From: Mycobacterium sp.
GTDB taxonomy: Bacteria > Actinomycetota > Actinomycetes > Mycobacteriales > Mycobacteriaceae
Length of the DNA stretch: 64,000 nt
Direction: 5' to 3'
Assembly: GCA_036558625.1 (NCBI GenBank)
Contig: DATBFF010000222.1
Location: 1,309 to 65,308 of the forward strand
In this document: positions 41,608 through 53,584 of the stretch, one piece after another
Numbering within the stretch: the stretch's first letter is position 1
Layout: every line of letters starts with the position of its first letter
Notes under the pieces: generated by a model
Databases searched by the model: none
What the model saw: only the letters and a program-made list of their open reading frames with translations
What the model was told of the DNA's origin: nothing
Translations under genes and position numbers: made by a program

Positions 41608-42540
41608 GTGGCGACTCTTTGGGCTGTCAGTGACCTGCACACGGGTCATACCGGCAACAAGCCGGTCACCGAGTCGCTCTACCCCTCCTCGCCCGACGAC
41701 TGGCTGATCGTCGCCGGCGACGTCGCCGAGCGCACCGACGACATCCGCTGGTCATTGGATCTGCTGCGACGGCGGTTCGCGAAGGTGATCTGGGTGCCCG
41801 GCAACCACGAGCTGTGGACGACGGGCAAAGATCCCGCGCAGGTGTTCGGCCGGTCCCGCTACGACTACCTCGTCACCATGTGCGACGAGATGGGGGTGCT
41901 GACCCCGGAGCATCCGTATCCGCTGTGGACCGATCAGGGCGGCCCCGCGACGATCGTGCCGATGTTCTTGCTGTACGACTACACGTTCTTGCCGGCCGGT
42001 GCGGCGACGAAAGCGGAGGGCCTGGCGATCGCCCGCGAGCGCAACGTGGTGGCCAGCGACGAATTCGTGCTGTCGCACGAGCCCTACGCGACCAAGGAAG
42101 CATGGTGTCGCGATCGGCTGGCCTACACGCGCGACCGCCTCGAGCAGCTCGACTGGATGACACCGACGGTGTTGGTGAACCATTTTCCGCTGGTGCGCGA
42201 GCCCTGCGATGCGCTGTTCTTTCCCGAGTTCTCGCTGTGGTGCGGCTCCACCGCGACCGCCGACTGGCACACCCGCTACAACGCCGTCTGTTCGGTGTAC
42301 GGGCACCTGCACATTCCGCGGACCACGTGGTACGACGACGTGCGGTTCGAAGAGGTGTCGGTCGGATATCCGCGAGAGTGGCGGCGCCGCAAGCCGTATC
42401 GATGGCTGCGGCAGGTGCTGCCCGACCCGCAATACGCACCCGGGTACCTCAACGAGTTCGGTGGCCACTTCGTGATCACTCCGGAAATGCGCGCGAACGC
42501 CGAGCGGGTCCGGGAGCGGATCCAAAGCAGAAGGCAATGA
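41608..42540 (+). CDS. pptH: Metallophosphoesterase, phosphopantetheinyl carrier-protein hydrolase (Rv2795c-like)
   Basis: AVSDLH, AGDV, PGNHE, YGHLHIP; directly upstream of pptT. Confidence 0.88.
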   Translation: MATLWAVSDLHTGHTGNKPVTESLYPSSPDDWLIVAGDVAERTDDIRWSLDLLRRRFAKVIWVPGNHELWTTGKDPAQVFGRSRYDYLVTMCDEMGVLTPEHPYPLWTDQGGPATIVPMFLLYDYTFLPAGAATKAEGLAIARERNVVASDEFVLSHEPYATKEAWCRDRLAYTRDRLEQLDWMTPTVLVNHFPLVREPCDALFFPEFSLWCGSTATADWHTRYNAVCSVYGHLHIPRTTWYDDVRFEEVSVGYPREWRRRKPYRWLRQVLPDPQYAPGYLNEFGGHFVITPEMRANAERVRERIQSRRQ

Positions 42541-43196
42541 CGCTCGTTTCGGTTGTGCTGCCAGATTCCGTTGCAGCCGCGGAACTCTACTCCGATCCGC
42601 CCGATCTGGCGCCGTTGCCTGAAGAGGAGCCGCTGATCGCACGCTCTGTCGCGAAGCGGCGCAACGAGTTCATCACGGCGCGGCACTGCGCGAGAGTGGC
42701 ATTGGGCGAGCTCGGCTTTCCGCCCGCGCCGATTCTCAAGGGGGACAAGGGCGAACCCTGCTGGCCCGATGGTGTGGTGGGCAGCCTCACGCACTGCGAA
42801 GGGTACCGGGGCGCGGTCGTGGGCCGCGCGGCCAGTGTGCGCTCGGTGGGCATCGACGCCGAGCCGCACGCAGTGCTGCCCGACGGCGTGCTCGACGCGG
42901 TGAGTCTGCCGGCGGAGCGTCGTGAACTGGCCGAGTCGCCCGTGGAGCTGCACTGGGATCGGATCCTGTTCTGCGCCAAGGAAGCAACCTACAAGGCGTG
43001 GTATCCGCTCACCCGCCGGTGGCTGGGGTTCGAGGATGCTCACATCGCGTTCGATGTCGATTCCACCGGTATCGCAGGCGAATTCGTCTCGCGGATCTTG
43101 ATCGACCCGGCCGCGCTCTCCGGGCCGCCGCTCACGTCGTTGCGCGGGCGGTGGACGGTACGTGACGGATTGGTGTTGACGGCGATCGTGTTGTGA
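42537..43196 (+). CDS. pptT: 4'-phosphopantetheinyl transferase (Rv2794c-like)
   Basis: [33 protein letters not shown]. Confidence 0.93.
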   Translation: MTLVSVVLPDSVAAAELYSDPPDLAPLPEEEPLIARSVAKRRNEFITARHCARVALGELGFPPAPILKGDKGEPCWPDGVVGSLTHCEGYRGAVVGRAASVRSVGIDAEPHAVLPDGVLDAVSLPAERRELAESPVELHWDRILFCAKEATYKAWYPLTRRWLGFEDAHIAFDVDSTGIAGEFVSRILIDPAALSGPPLTSLRGRWTVRDGLVLTAIVL

Positions 43197-44071
43197 CGGC
43201 CGGGTTGGTGATCGTCGACAAGCCGTCGGGCATGACGAGCCACGACGTGGTCAGCCGGTGCCGACGAATCTTCGCCACCCGCAAGGTCGGTCACGCCGGC
43301 ACGCTGGACCCGATGGCCACCGGCGTCTTGGTGATCGGCATCGAAAGGGCGACGAAGATTCTCGGCCTGCTGATGACCGAGACGAAGTCGTACACGGCGA
43401 CGATCCGACTCGGCCAGAGCACCACCACCGACGACGCTGATGGCGACCTCGTCAGCACCGCGTCCGCGCAGGCGGTCACGGACGGTCAGATCGAGGCCGC
43501 CATCGTGGTGCTGCGCGGCGAGATCCGCCAGGTGCCTTCCGCGGTCAGCGCCGTCAAGGTCGGCGGCCAGCGTGCGTACCGACTGTCCCGTGAGGGCCAC
43601 ACCGTCGACCTGGTCGCGCGCACCGTGCGGATCGACCGGTTCGACGTATTGGAAGTGCGACGCGACGCGCACGTCGTCGACGTGGACGTCGAGGTCGACT
43701 GTTCGTCGGGCACCTACATCCGCGCGTTGGCCCGCGACGTCGGCGTGGCGCTGGGCGTAGGCGGACACTTGACCGCGCTGCGACGCACTCGGGTCGGGCG
43801 GTTCGGGCTCGACGAGGCACAGACCCTCGACACGCTGGCCGAACGCCCCTCGCTCGGTTACTCACTCGACCAGGCATGCCTGCTGGCGTTCCCGCGCCGC
43901 GACCTCACTGCCGACGAGGCGCAGGCGACGTCGCACGGCCGCGCGCTGTCCGCGTCAGGCATACCTGGCCTCTATGCGGCGACGGCGCCGGACGGCCGCG
44001 TCATCGCGCTGCTGCGCGACGTGGGTGCCCGCACCAAGTCGGTGGTGGTGCTGCGCCCGGCAAACCTCTAA
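43193..44071 (+). CDS. truB: tRNA pseudouridine(55) synthase
   Basis: [33 protein letters not shown]. Confidence 0.96.
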   Translation: MTAGLVIVDKPSGMTSHDVVSRCRRIFATRKVGHAGTLDPMATGVLVIGIERATKILGLLMTETKSYTATIRLGQSTTTDDADGDLVSTASAQAVTDGQIEAAIVVLRGEIRQVPSAVSAVKVGGQRAYRLSREGHTVDLVARTVRIDRFDVLEVRRDAHVVDVDVEVDCSSGTYIRALARDVGVALGVGGHLTALRRTRVGRFGLDEAQTLDTLAERPSLGYSLDQACLLAFPRRDLTADEAQATSHGRALSASGIPGLYAATAPDGRVIALLRDVGARTKSVVVLRPANL

Positions 44072-44090
44072 TGCCACCGCGAGAAGGCGA

Positions 44091-44774
44091 CTAGCAGGGG
44101 ACGACCCAGATCGATTCTGCCGCAGGACTTCCCAACTCGACGGTGCGCTCGGCGTCGTCATGGGTCTCGCCGACCGCCACCGACACCGTGCCCGCGAAGT
44201 CGCGCCGCGTCAACACCGTCAAGTGCGAATCCAGGGCGATGCCGACCGAGTCGAAGTAGCGCAACATCTCGGGGTCGGCGTCGGAGATGCGCGCTACCGA
44301 GCCGTGCTCGCCGTCGACGCACGTCGAGAGTTGGCGAGCCGGCGGCGTGGGCACCGTGCCGTCGAGGGTCGGGATCGGGTCGCCGTGCGGGTCGCGCCGC
44401 GGATATCCCAGCTTGGCGTCGATACGCGACATCATCAGATCGCTCACCGCGTGCTCGAGGATTTCGGCTTCGTCGTGCACCTCGTCCCACCCGTAGCCGA
44501 GTTCCTGAACCAGGAACGTCTCGAGCAGCCGATGCCGGCGAACCACCGACACCGCCGCTTGCCTGCCGCTCTCGGTGAGCGTCACCGCGCCGTACTTCTC
44601 GTGCTCGACGAGGCCTTGGTCGGCCAGCTTCCGGATCGACTCGGACACCGTGCTGGCCGACACCGACAACCGTTCGGCCAGCATCTTGGTGCTGACCTTG
44701 TCACCGGACCACTCCTGCGCGTTCCAGATCACCTTGAGATAGTCCTGGGCAACCGACGTCAACCCGTCACTCAC
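44091..44774 (-). CDS. sirR: DtxR-family metal-dependent regulator (SirR/MntR, Rv2788-like)
   Basis: QDYLKVIW, VRRHRLLETFL, HDEAEILEH, DPHGDPIP; FeoA-like C-terminus. Confidence 0.9.
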   Translation of the reverse strand: MSDGLTSVAQDYLKVIWNAQEWSGDKVSTKMLAERLSVSASTVSESIRKLADQGLVEHEKYGAVTLTESGRQAAVSVVRRHRLLETFLVQELGYGWDEVHDEAEILEHAVSDLMMSRIDAKLGYPRRDPHGDPIPTLDGTVPTPPARQLSTCVDGEHGSVARISDADPEMLRYFDSVGIALDSHLTVLTRRDFAGTVSVAVGETHDDAERTVELGSPAAESIWVVPC

Positions 44775-44839
44775 ACCTGAAGAGTTTAGGCAATCCTTGG
44801 GCAAATCCGTTGCCTTGCCTGTCCCGTAGGCTTGCCGCT

Positions 44840-45814
44840 GTGCAGCGCTGGCGCGGCCAGGACGAGATCCCGACGGACTGGGGCCGATGTGTTCTGACCA
44901 TCGGTGTTTTCGACGGGGTGCACCGGGGGCATCAGGAGTTGATCGCGGCGGCGGTCAAGGCCGGCCGCTCGCGCGGGGTTCCGACCGTGTTGATGACGTT
45001 CGACCCGCATCCGATGGAGGTCGTTCATCCGGGCAATCACCCGGCCCAGCTGACCACGCTGACGCGGCGGGCCGAACTGGCCGAAGAACTCGGTGTGGAC
45101 GTCTTTTTGGTGATCCCGTTCACGCCCGAGTTCATGAAGCTCACCCCCGATCGCTACATCCACGAACTGCTTGTCGAGCATCTGCATGTCGTCGAGGTCG
45201 TCGTCGGCGAGAACTTCACGTTCGGCAAGAAGGCAGCGGGTGATGTCGGACTGCTGCGCCAAGCCGGTGACCGGTTCGGGTTCGCGGTGCAGACCATGTC
45301 GCTGGTGGCCGAGCACCACGACGACGAGACGGTGACGTTCTCGTCCACATATATCCGCTCCTGCGTCGACGCGGGCGACGTGGTGGCCGCCGCGGAGGCG
45401 CTGGGCCGTCCGCACCGGGTCGAGGGCGTGGTGGTGCGCGGCGACGGGCGCGGCAAGGTGCTCGGCTTCCCGACTGCCAACATTGCCCCGCCGATGTACT
45501 CGGCGATCCCGGCCGACGGCGTGTACGCGGCATGGTTCACGGTGCTCGGGCACGCGCCCGTCGTCGGCACCGTGGTGCCGGGCGAGCGTTACCAGGCGGC
45601 GGTGTCCGTCGGCACCAATCCGACTTTTCACGGCCGCACTCGCACCGTCGAGGCGTACGTGCTCGACACCTCCGCCGACATGTACGGCCAGCACGTCGCC
45701 GTCGACTTCGTCGCCCGCATCCGCGGTCAACGCAAGTTCGCCGAGGTCGCCGACTTGATCGCCGAGATGGAGACCGACACCGAGCGTTCCCGCACGATTC
45801 TGCGGGCACAATGA
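44840..45814 (+). CDS. ribF: Bifunctional riboflavin kinase / FAD synthetase
   Basis: [46 protein letters not shown] 7 nt after TAGGCT. Confidence 0.96.
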   Translation: MQRWRGQDEIPTDWGRCVLTIGVFDGVHRGHQELIAAAVKAGRSRGVPTVLMTFDPHPMEVVHPGNHPAQLTTLTRRAELAEELGVDVFLVIPFTPEFMKLTPDRYIHELLVEHLHVVEVVVGENFTFGKKAAGDVGLLRQAGDRFGFAVQTMSLVAEHHDDETVTFSSTYIRSCVDAGDVVAAAEALGRPHRVEGVVVRGDGRGKVLGFPTANIAPPMYSAIPADGVYAAWFTVLGHAPVVGTVVPGERYQAAVSVGTNPTFHGRTRTVEAYVLDTSADMYGQHVAVDFVARIRGQRKFAEVADLIAEMETDTERSRTILRAQ

Positions 45815-45829
45815 GCTGCTGCTAGACTC

Positions 45830-45914
45830 GCCGCCGACCTGGCGACGTGCTGCTGTCCGCGGTGGCCGCGCCATAACCACTCAAGATCGCGGACCGAAGT
45901 ATGGAGTTAATTTC
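45830..45914 (+). promoter_or_regulatory. rpsO 5' leader (likely S15 autoregulatory RNA)
   Basis: Follows the -10-like TAGACT (45823-45828). S15 autogenous control via the rpsO 5'UTR is described in mycobacteria. Structure not folded here. Confidence 0.55.
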
Positions 45915-46184
45915 GTGGCGCTCACTGCCGAACAGAAGAAAGAAATCCTGGGCTCCTACGGCCTGCACGACACCGACACCGGTTCGCCGGAAGCGCAGAT
46001 CGCGCTGCTGACCAGGCGGATCAACGACCTCACCGAGCACCTCAAGGTGCACAAGCACGACCACCACTCGCGTCGTGGACTGCTGCTGCTTGTGGGCCGG
46101 CGTCGTCGGCTGGGCAAGTACCTCTCGGAGATCGACGTCGAGCGCTACCGCTCGCTGATCGATCGCCTCGGCATGCGCCGCTGA
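45915..46184 (+). CDS. rpsO: 30S ribosomal protein S15
   Basis: [25 protein letters not shown]. Confidence 0.98.
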   Translation: MALTAEQKKEILGSYGLHDTDTGSPEAQIALLTRRINDLTEHLKVHKHDHHSRRGLLLLVGRRRRLGKYLSEIDVERYRSLIDRLGMRR

Positions 46185-46200
46185 CGCGACGATTTTTGAG

Positions 46201-46263
46201 CGCCGAGAACACAGTTGTTGACGGTTTTCGGCCGATTTCCATCATCAACTGTGCTCTCGTCGC
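46201..46263. repeat. REP-like palindromic element after rpsO
   Basis: cgccgagaacacagttgttgacgg...catcatcaactgtgctctcgtcgc; homologue of 10714-10775. Confidence 0.75.
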
Positions 46264-46476
46264 GAATATGGCTCGCCACCAGCGCCGGTGTAGAGTGATG
46301 GCGATCTGAGCCGTCCGGCTCGGGTTCGCATGTCATGACAGTGGCCAGCCTGCGAATCGGGCGGTCTTCGGTAGTGGCTGCCGGATCATCCCGGCCGCTT
46401 CGATCGACGGCCGTATGCCGTTCAGGTTGCTCGCCACTGCCCCGCATCGCGACGACAACTTCAACAAGGGCTTGTT

Positions 46477-48744
46477 ATGTCTGTAGCTGAAATCGACGAG
46501 GGCGTGTACGAATCCACCGCCACGATCGACAACGGGAGCTTCGGCACCCGCACCATCCGTTTTGAGGCCGGCCGCCTCGCCCAGCAGGCGGCCGGCGCCG
46601 TGGTCGCCTACCTCGACGAGGAGACCATGCTGCTTTCGGCCACCACCGCGAGCAAGGCACCCAAGGAGCACTTCGACTTCTTCCCGCTGACCGTGGACGT
46701 GGAAGAGCGCATGTACGCCGCCGGGCGCATCCCCGGCTCGTTCTTCCGCCGGGAGGGCCGCCCGTCCACCGACGCGATCCTGACCTGCCGGCTCATCGAC
46801 CGCCCGCTGCGCCCGTCGTTCGTGGACGGCCTGCGCAACGAGATCCAGGTGGTCGTGACGATCCTGTCTCTTGATCCCGACGAGCTCTACGACGTGCTGG
46901 CCATCAACGCCGCGTCGGCGTCCACCCAGCTGGCGGGCCTTCCGTTCTCCGGCCCCGTCGGTGGCGTCCGGGTCGCACTGATCGACGGCACGTGGGTGGC
47001 GTTCCCCACCGTCGCGCAACTCGAGCGGGCCGTGTTCGACATGGTCGTGGCCGGCCGGCTGGTCGGCGACTCCGCCGACGGAGATATAGCGATCATGATG
47101 GTCGAGGCGGAGGCCACCGAGAACGTCGTCGCACTGCTCGACGGGGGTGCCCAGGCACCCACCGAGCCCGTGGTGGCCGAAGGCCTTGAGGCCGCCAAGC
47201 CGTACATCCGCAGTCTCTGCGAGGCCCAGCAGGAGTTGGCTCGGCAGGCCGCCAAGGAGACCGCCGAGTACCCGATCTTCCCCGAGTACGGCGACGACGT
47301 GTTCTATGCGGTCTCGTCGGTGGCCACCGACGACCTGACGCAGGCATTGACGATCGCGGGCAAGGCCGAACGCAACGAGCGCACCGACGAGATCAAAGCC
47401 GATGTCATCGCCCGGCTGGCCGAGACCTACGAAGGCCGCGAGAAGGAGATCAGCGCGGCCTTCCGCTCGCTGACCAAAAAGCTTGTGCGGCAACGGATTC
47501 TGACCGACCACTTCCGCATCGACGGTCGCGGCATCACCGACATCAGGGCGTTGAGCGCCGAGGTGTCCGTCGTGCCCCGCGCGCACGGCAGCGCGCTGTT
47601 CCAGCGTGGCGAGACCCAGATCCTCGGTGTCACCACCCTGGACATGATCAAGATGGCCCAGCAGATCGACTCGCTGGGGCCGGAGACCTCCAAGCGCTAC
47701 ATGCACCACTACAACTTCCCGCCGTTCTCCACCGGTGAGACGGGACGGGTCGGGTCTCCGAAGCGTCGCGAGATCGGCCACGGCGCACTGGCCGAGCGCG
47801 CGCTGGTGCCGGTGCTGCCCAGTGTCGAGGAGTTCCCGTACGCGATCCGGCAGGTGTCGGAAGCGCTCGGCTCCAACGGGTCGACGTCGATGGGCTCGGT
47901 GTGCGCGTCGACGCTGGCACTGCTGAATGCCGGTGTGCCGCTGAAGGCTCCGGTCGCAGGCATCGCGATGGGCCTCGTCTCCGACGATGTGGAGTTGGAC
48001 GACGGCGGGACCGAGCGCCGGTTCGTCGCGCTGACCGACATCCTCGGCGCCGAGGATGCGTTCGGCGACATGGACTTCAAGGTGGCCGGCACCAGGGACT
48101 TCGTCACCGCGCTGCAGCTCGACACCAAACTCGACGGCATCCCTTCGAAGGTGCTCGCCGGCGCGTTGTCGCAGGCAAAGGATGCGCGCCTGACCATCCT
48201 CGAGGTGATGGCCGAGGCCATTGATGCGCCGGACGAGATGAGTCCGTACGCACCGAGGGTCACCACGATCAAGGTGCCGGTCGACAAGATCGGTGAGGTG
48301 ATCGGCCCCAAGGGCAAGATGATCAACTCGATCACCGAGGAGACCGGCGCGCAGATCTCGATCGAGGACGACGGCACCGTGTTCGTCGGCGCCACCGACG
48401 GTCTGTCGGCGCAGGCCGCGATCGACAAGATCAACGCGATCGCCAACCCGCAGCTGCCCAAGATCGGCGAACGCTTCCTCGGCACCGTCGTCAAGACCAC
48501 CGACTTCGGAGCGTTCGTGTCGCTTCTGCCCGGACGCGACGGCTTGGTGCACATCTCCAAGCTCGGTCGGGGGAAGCGCATCGCGCGCGTCGAAGATGTC
48601 GTCAAGGTCGGCGACAAGTTGCGTGTCGAGATCGCCGACATCGACAACCGCGGCAAGATCTCGCTGATCCTCGTTGCCGAAGAGGAGTCTGCTGAGCCAC
48701 CCGCATCGCCCGCACCTGCGGATGCCGCGCACACCGGCCCGTAA
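46477..48744 (+). CDS. pnp: Polyribonucleotide nucleotidyltransferase (PNPase/GpsI)
   Basis: [46 protein letters not shown] and S1 domains. Confidence 0.98.
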   Translation: MSVAEIDEGVYESTATIDNGSFGTRTIRFEAGRLAQQAAGAVVAYLDEETMLLSATTASKAPKEHFDFFPLTVDVEERMYAAGRIPGSFFRREGRPSTDAILTCRLIDRPLRPSFVDGLRNEIQVVVTILSLDPDELYDVLAINAASASTQLAGLPFSGPVGGVRVALIDGTWVAFPTVAQLERAVFDMVVAGRLVGDSADGDIAIMMVEAEATENVVALLDGGAQAPTEPVVAEGLEAAKPYIRSLCEAQQELARQAAKETAEYPIFPEYGDDVFYAVSSVATDDLTQALTIAGKAERNERTDEIKADVIARLAETYEGREKEISAAFRSLTKKLVRQRILTDHFRIDGRGITDIRALSAEVSVVPRAHGSALFQRGETQILGVTTLDMIKMAQQIDSLGPETSKRYMHHYNFPPFSTGETGRVGSPKRREIGHGALAERALVPVLPSVEEFPYAIRQVSEALGSNGSTSMGSVCASTLALLNAGVPLKAPVAGIAMGLVSDDVELDDGGTERRFVALTDILGAEDAFGDMDFKVAGTRDFVTALQLDTKLDGIPSKVLAGALSQAKDARLTILEVMAEAIDAPDEMSPYAPRVTTIKVPVDKIGEVIGPKGKMINSITEETGAQISIEDDGTVFVGATDGLSAQAAIDKINAIANPQLPKIGERFLGTVVKTTDFGAFVSLLPGRDGLVHISKLGRGKRIARVEDVVKVGDKLRVEIADIDNRGKISLILVAEEESAEPPASPAPADAAHTGP

Positions 48745-50137
48745 GGCAGCCCTCGGGGGTCGTCGCGAAGCGACCGGGGGGACGGCGGACCTCGGGGGTC
48801 GTCGCGAAGCGACCGGGGGGACGGCGAAGCTGCGGCGAGGTTCACGCGGCAGCGAGACTGCAATCGCGCTGCGCCGCACCACGCTTCCGGGCGGCCTGCG
48901 CGTAGTCACCGAATGCGTGCCGCACGTGCGCTCGGCTTCGGTAGGTGTGTGGGTCGGCGTGGGTTCGCGCGACGAAGGCCCCAGCGTCGCCGGCGCGGCG
49001 CATTTCCTTGAGCACCTGCTGTTCAAGGCGACGCCGACGCGCACCGCGGTCCAGATCGCCCAGGCCGTCGACGCGGTTGGCGGTGAGCTGAACGCGTTCA
49101 CCGCCAAGGAGCACACCTGTTACTACGCGCACGTGCTTGACAGCGACCTCGAGCTGGCGGTGGATTTGGTTTCCGACGTGGTGCTCAACGGAATCTGCGC
49201 GCCAGACGACGTCGAACTCGAACGCGACGTTGTCCTCGAGGAAATCGCGATGCGCGACGACGATCCCGAGGATGCGATCGGTGACGTGTTCCTCGCGGCT
49301 CTCTTCGGCGGGCATCCCGTCGGCCGCCCGGTCGTCGGCACCGTCGACTCCGTGTCGGCGATGACACGCCGCCAGCTGCACTCGTTTCATCTGCGCCGCT
49401 ACACCCCCGAGCGGATGGTGGTCGCGGTCGCGGGCAACGTCGACCACGACCAGGTGGTGTCGTTGGTGCGCCGCTACTTCGGTGCGCGATTGCGGCCCGG
49501 CACCGGCGCCGCTGCACCCCGCAAGGGTTCCGGCCGAGTGGCGGGCCACCCGACGCTGATGTTGGGCAACCGTGACGCCGAGCAGACTCACATGACGCTG
49601 GGGGTGCGCGCGCCCGGCCGGCACTGGCAGAACCGCTGGGCGCTGGCGGTGCTGAACACCGCGATCGGTGGCGGCCTCAGTTCTCGGCTGTTCCAACAGG
49701 TCCGGGAAGAGCGCGGTCTGGCCTACACCGTGTACTCCAGCGTCGACACGTTCGCCGAAACCGGTGCGCTGTCGGTGTACACCGCGTGTCTGCCGGAGCG
49801 GTTCGACGACGTCGTCACCGTCACCACCGACGTGCTCGAAAGGGTGGCGCGCGACGGCATCACCGACCACGAATGCCACATCGCAAAGGGTTCGATGCGC
49901 GGGGGACTGGTTCTGGGACTGGAGGATTCCGCCTCGCGGATGAACCGCATCGGCCGCAACGAAATGAATTATGGCGAACATCGCAGCATTGAAGACACAC
50001 TCGCCAAGATCGAGGATGTGTCACTCGACGAGGTGAACGCCGTCGCCCGCCGAGTGCTGGACGGCCCCTACGGTGCAGCAGTGCTAGGGCCGTATCGATC
50101 CGAACGTCAGCTGCCGCAACGACTTCGAAGGCTTTAG
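48722..50137 (+). CDS. pepR: M16 family zinc peptidase (PepR, Rv2782c-like) with repeat-extended N-terminus
   Basis: GSRDE, AHFLEH (HxxEH), LNAFT; ATG overlaps the pnp 3' end. Confidence 0.9.
   Translation: MPRTPARKAALGGRREATGGTADLGGRREATGGTAKLRRGSRGSETAIALRRTTLPGGLRVVTECVPHVRSASVGVWVGVGSRDEGPSVAGAAHFLEHLLFKATPTRTAVQIAQAVDAVGGELNAFTAKEHTCYYAHVLDSDLELAVDLVSDVVLNGICAPDDVELERDVVLEEIAMRDDDPEDAIGDVFLAALFGGHPVGRPVVGTVDSVSAMTRRQLHSFHLRRYTPERMVVAVAGNVDHDQVVSLVRRYFGARLRPGTGAAAPRKGSGRVAGHPTLMLGNRDAEQTHMTLGVRAPGRHWQNRWALAVLNTAIGGGLSSRLFQQVREERGLAYTVYSSVDTFAETGALSVYTACLPERFDDVVTVTTDVLERVARDGITDHECHIAKGSMRGGLVLGLEDSASRMNRIGRNEMNYGEHRSIEDTLAKIEDVSLDEVNAVARRVLDGPYGAAVLGPYRSERQLPQRLRRL
48751..48828 (+). repeat. 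39-bp tandem repeat (2 copies), in frame in the pepR 5' end
   Basis: cctcgggggtcgtcgcgaagcgaccggggggacggcg(g/a)a twice; encodes [12 protein letters not shown](D/K). Confidence 0.92.
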
Positions 50138-50944
50138 GTGGAGATCCACGGTAAAGTCGCGGTCGTCACCGGCGCGGGTTCGGGGATCGGGCGGGCACTG
50201 GCCATCGCCCTCGGCGGGGCGGGTGCGCGGGTCGTCGTCGGCGACATCGACGGTGGCGCGGCGCAGCGGACTGCCGCCGAGATCTCCGGTGGCGCGATTT
50301 CGCTACAGGCCGACGTCAGCGCCGACGCCGACATCGCAGCGCTCATCGAGGCCGCTGCAACGGAATTCGGTCCGGTGGACATCTACGTTGCCAATGCGGG
50401 CATCGGCGGGCCACCGGGACTGGTTGCCGCTGAACGCGAGTGGGACCGAGTGCTCAACGTGAACCTGCGGGCTCACATCCGGGCGGCGACGCAGTTGGTG
50501 CCTGGGTGGGTGGACCGCGGTGGCGGTTACTTCGTCTCGGTGGCCTCGGCGGCAGGTCTGCTGACCCAGCTCGGCGCGGCCGCCTATTCGGTGAGCAAGC
50601 ACGCCGCCGTCGGCTTCGCCGAATGGCTCGCCGTCGCGTACGGCGACCTGGGGGTGGGCGTGAGTTGCGTGTGCCCGATGGGTGTGGATACTGCGCTGCT
50701 GACCGAACTGCGGGAGTCACCGGAGCCTGATGGGCGGCTGGCGGTGGAGTCGGTCGTGGCGGCCGGGCAGGTGCTCGACCCAGCCCAAGTGGCCGAGTCG
50801 ACGCTGGATGCCGTGCGCGAGAACAGGTTTCTGGTGTTGCCGCACCCGCAAGTGCTCGACATGTACCGGCAGAAAGGTGCGGACTACGACGCGTGGATCG
50901 CCGGGATGCGACGTTACCGGGCCCGGCTGGCCGCCGATGGGTGA
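50138..50944 (+). CDS. Short-chain dehydrogenase/reductase
   Basis: [17 protein letters not shown]. Confidence 0.92.
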   Translation: MEIHGKVAVVTGAGSGIGRALAIALGGAGARVVVGDIDGGAAQRTAAEISGGAISLQADVSADADIAALIEAAATEFGPVDIYVANAGIGGPPGLVAAEREWDRVLNVNLRAHIRAATQLVPGWVDRGGGYFVSVASAAGLLTQLGAAAYSVSKHAAVGFAEWLAVAYGDLGVGVSCVCPMGVDTALLTELRESPEPDGRLAVESVVAAGQVLDPAQVAESTLDAVRENRFLVLPHPQVLDMYRQKGADYDAWIAGMRRYRARLAADG

Positions 50945-51815
50945 GGTCTCGCGGCGGCGTGCGCTGGTGGTAGGTGCCGCGCTGCTCGGTGCGGCCTGCG
51001 CGTCCCGGCCCGCCGCTCCGGCCAAGCCGACCGTTGAAGCGCAGATTTCAGAACTGCAGCGTCGACACGATGCGCGAGTCGGGTTGATTGCGGCCGATCT
51101 GGGTTCGGGGCGCACCATCGACTATCAAGCCGACGACGTGTTCGCGATGTGCTCCACGTTCAAGGCCTACGCCGCCGCGAGCGTACTCAAGCGCTGCGAG
51201 CGCGGCGAGCTGCACTTGGACGACGCGGTATTCGTGAATCCCTCGAAGATCCTTCCCAACTCGCCGGTGACACAGCAGCATGCCGGCCACGCGATGATGC
51301 TTTCCGAACTGTGCGCGGCGGCGCTGCAGCACAGCGACAACTGCGCGGCGAACCTGCTGTTGACGGCAATCGGCGGGCCGCCGCAGATCACGGCTTTCGC
51401 CCGCAGCATTGGTGACGACAAGACGCGGCTGGACCGCTGGGAAACCGATTTGAACTCCGCGCTGCCGGGTGACCCGCGGGACACCAGCACGCCGCGGGCG
51501 CTGGCCGGTGGCTACCGTGCCCTTCTGACAGGTTCAGCACTTTCCGCGTCAAGTCGCCAGCAGCTGGATGCGTGGATGCGCGGCAACGTGACATCGAGCA
51601 TGCGTGCCGGGTTATCGCCCGGCTGGACGAGCGCCGACAAGACCGGCAGCGGCGACTACGGCAGCACCAACGACATCGGCATCGCCTACGGGCCGAACGG
51701 ACGCAAAGTTCTGCTGGGCATCATGACGCGCTCAGCTACCGACGACCCGAAGGCGGAGAACTCCCGCGCGCTGATCGGTGAGGTGACCAAACAGGTCATG
51801 GCGGCGCTTGATTGA
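50937..51815 (+). CDS. bla: Class A beta-lactamase, Tat-exported lipoprotein
   Basis: SRRRAL Tat motif, LGAAC lipobox, CSTFK (SxxK), [11 protein letters not shown] (Glu166), DKTG. Confidence 0.95.
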   Translation: MGEVSRRRALVVGAALLGAACASRPAAPAKPTVEAQISELQRRHDARVGLIAADLGSGRTIDYQADDVFAMCSTFKAYAAASVLKRCERGELHLDDAVFVNPSKILPNSPVTQQHAGHAMMLSELCAAALQHSDNCAANLLLTAIGGPPQITAFARSIGDDKTRLDRWETDLNSALPGDPRDTSTPRALAGGYRALLTGSALSASSRQQLDAWMRGNVTSSMRAGLSPGWTSADKTGSGDYGSTNDIGIAYGPNGRKVLLGIMTRSATDDPKAENSRALIGEVTKQVMAALD

Positions 51816-51878
51816 CGCCCAAACTGTAACTGGCGCGGGAAAGTTCGAGTGGCAACCACGGTAGTTGCAGTCTCGGCG
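51816..51878. terminator. Imperfect hairpin between the convergent bla and ald genes
   Basis: cgcccaaactgtaact ... agttgcagtctcggcg (complementary with G:U pairs). Confidence 0.55.
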
Positions 51879-51882
51879 AAAG

Positions 51883-52995
51883 CTAAGCGAGCACCGCCGC
51901 CGAAGTGAACGATAGCCCGAGGTCGTTTGCCACCTGTTCGTTGAGCAGCGCTCCATCGTGCGTCGAAAGCCCCTTCGCCAGTGCGGCATCCGCGCGGCAT
52001 GCGTCGTACCAGCCGTTGTCGGCCAGCGCGAGAACGTAGGGCATCGTCGCGTTGGTCAGCGCGAACGTCGACGTCCGGGGCACCGCACCGGGCATGTTCG
52101 CCACGCAGTAGAACACCGTGTCATGCACCCGGAACGTCGGCTGGTCGTGCGTGGTGGGTCTCGAGTCCTCGAAGCAACCACCCTGGTCGATCGCGATGTC
52201 GACGAGCACGGCCCCCGGCTTCATCTGGGAGACAAGCGAATTGGATACCAGCTTGGGTGTCCTGCCACCGGGAACCAGCACCGCACCGATCACAAGATCG
52301 GCTTGCGTGACGGCGCTTTCGAGCTCGAGTGCCGACGAGTACCGGGTGCTGAATCTCCCGGCAAACTCGGTGTCCAGTTCGCGCAGCCTGCCGATGTTCA
52401 CGTCGAGCACGGTCACGTGCGCGCCCATGCCACTGGCGACCCGTGCGGCGTTGTAGCCGGCCGTACCGCCGCCGATCACCACGACCCCAGCCGCGCCGAC
52501 CCCGGGCACCCCGCCCATCAACACGCCGCGGCCGCCGAGGGGTCTCATCAGGTGGTACGCGCCGACTTGCGCGGCGAGGCGCCCTGCGACTTCGCTCATC
52601 GGCGCCAGCAGGGGTAGTGCGCCGTCAGGGGTCTGCACCGTTTCATAGGCGATCGCGGTGACACCCGATCGCATCAGCGCCTCGGTGCACGTCTTCGATG
52701 CCGCCAGATGCAGATATGTGAAGAGTGTTTGTCCCTCGTGCATCAACGCGTACTCGGGTTCGATTGGCTCCTTCACCTTCAGCAGCAGCTCGGCCTGTTC
52801 CCAGACATGTTCGGCACCCGAGATGATCTCCGCGCCGGCGGATTTGAAATCGGCATCAGAAATCGAGGACCCGTCACCCGCACCGGCCTGGACGACGACG
52901 TCATGGCCGCGGTTGGCTAGTTCGGCGACACCTGCCGGGGTGATGGCGATCCGGTATTCGTGGTCCTTGATCTCCGTCGGAACGCCGATCCGCAT
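51883..52995 (-). CDS. ald: Alanine dehydrogenase
   Basis: MRIGVPTEIKDHEYR, LFTYLHLAA, VVIGGGTAG, DIAIDQGGC, YCVANMPG. Confidence 0.97.
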   Translation of the reverse strand: MRIGVPTEIKDHEYRIAITPAGVAELANRGHDVVVQAGAGDGSSISDADFKSAGAEIISGAEHVWEQAELLLKVKEPIEPEYALMHEGQTLFTYLHLAASKTCTEALMRSGVTAIAYETVQTPDGALPLLAPMSEVAGRLAAQVGAYHLMRPLGGRGVLMGGVPGVGAAGVVVIGGGTAGYNAARVASGMGAHVTVLDVNIGRLRELDTEFAGRFSTRYSSALELESAVTQADLVIGAVLVPGGRTPKLVSNSLVSQMKPGAVLVDIAIDQGGCFEDSRPTTHDQPTFRVHDTVFYCVANMPGAVPRTSTFALTNATMPYVLALADNGWYDACRADAALAKGLSTHDGALLNEQVANDLGLSFTSAAVLA

Positions 52996-53006
52996 GCATC
53001 CAGTGT

Positions 53007-53048
53007 GAATAACATTCGGCTTTACCGCAATTATGACGATGATCATTC
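53007..53048. promoter_or_regulatory. Two AldR-type operator sites
   Basis: GAATAACATTC (53007-53017) and GATGATCATTC (53038-53048) fit the described GA/T-N2-NWW/WWN-N2-A/TC consensus; 31-bp spacing. Confidence 0.65.
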
Positions 53049-53062
53049 GGTATGATGCCTCG

Positions 53063-53578
53063 GTGACTGAACGATCGCTCAAACAGTCCGGTGATGATGG
53101 GCGCTCTCCGAACGATCTTCGGCGTGCGGCGATCGACGACGTCGACCGACGGATCCTCAACGCCTTGCACGACGACGCGAGGATCCCCAACAGCGCGCTG
53201 GCGGACATCGTCGGCATCGCGGCGTCGACCTGTCATGTCCGGTTGCGCCGGTTGCAGGACCTCGGCATCATCCGCGGCTTCTACGCCGACGTCGACCCGG
53301 CAGCGATCGGTCGGCCGCTGCAGGCGATGATCTCGGTGAGCCTGCAAGCCGGCGCCCGCGGGCACATCCGCCACTTCATCTCCGAGATCCGCAAACTGCC
53401 GCAGGTGATCGACGTGTACTTCCTGGCCGGCCCCGACGACTTCATCCTTCACGTCGCCGCTCGCGACACCGACGACCTGCGGGCGTTCGTGGTGGAAAAC
53501 CTCAACGCCGACCCGGACGTCGCGGGCACCCAGACTTCGCTGATCTTCGAGCATCTGCGCGGCGGCGCCCCCCTCTAG
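53063..53578 (+). CDS. aldR: Lrp/AsnC-family regulator AldR (Rv2779c-like)
   Basis: DDVDRRIL..L..DARIPNSALA HTH, divergent from ald. GTG 6 nt after TATGAT; ORF track start 53033. Confidence 0.92.
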   Translation: MTERSLKQSGDDGRSPNDLRRAAIDDVDRRILNALHDDARIPNSALADIVGIAASTCHVRLRRLQDLGIIRGFYADVDPAAIGRPLQAMISVSLQAGARGHIRHFISEIRKLPQVIDVYFLAGPDDFILHVAARDTDDLRAFVVENLNADPDVAGTQTSLIFEHLRGGAPL

Positions 53579-53584
53579 CCCATT

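Noticed and set aside
46333-49116. 927-aa minus-strand ORF
   Set aside because: Antisense shadow of pnp/pepR typical of high-GC codon bias; no recognisable domain.
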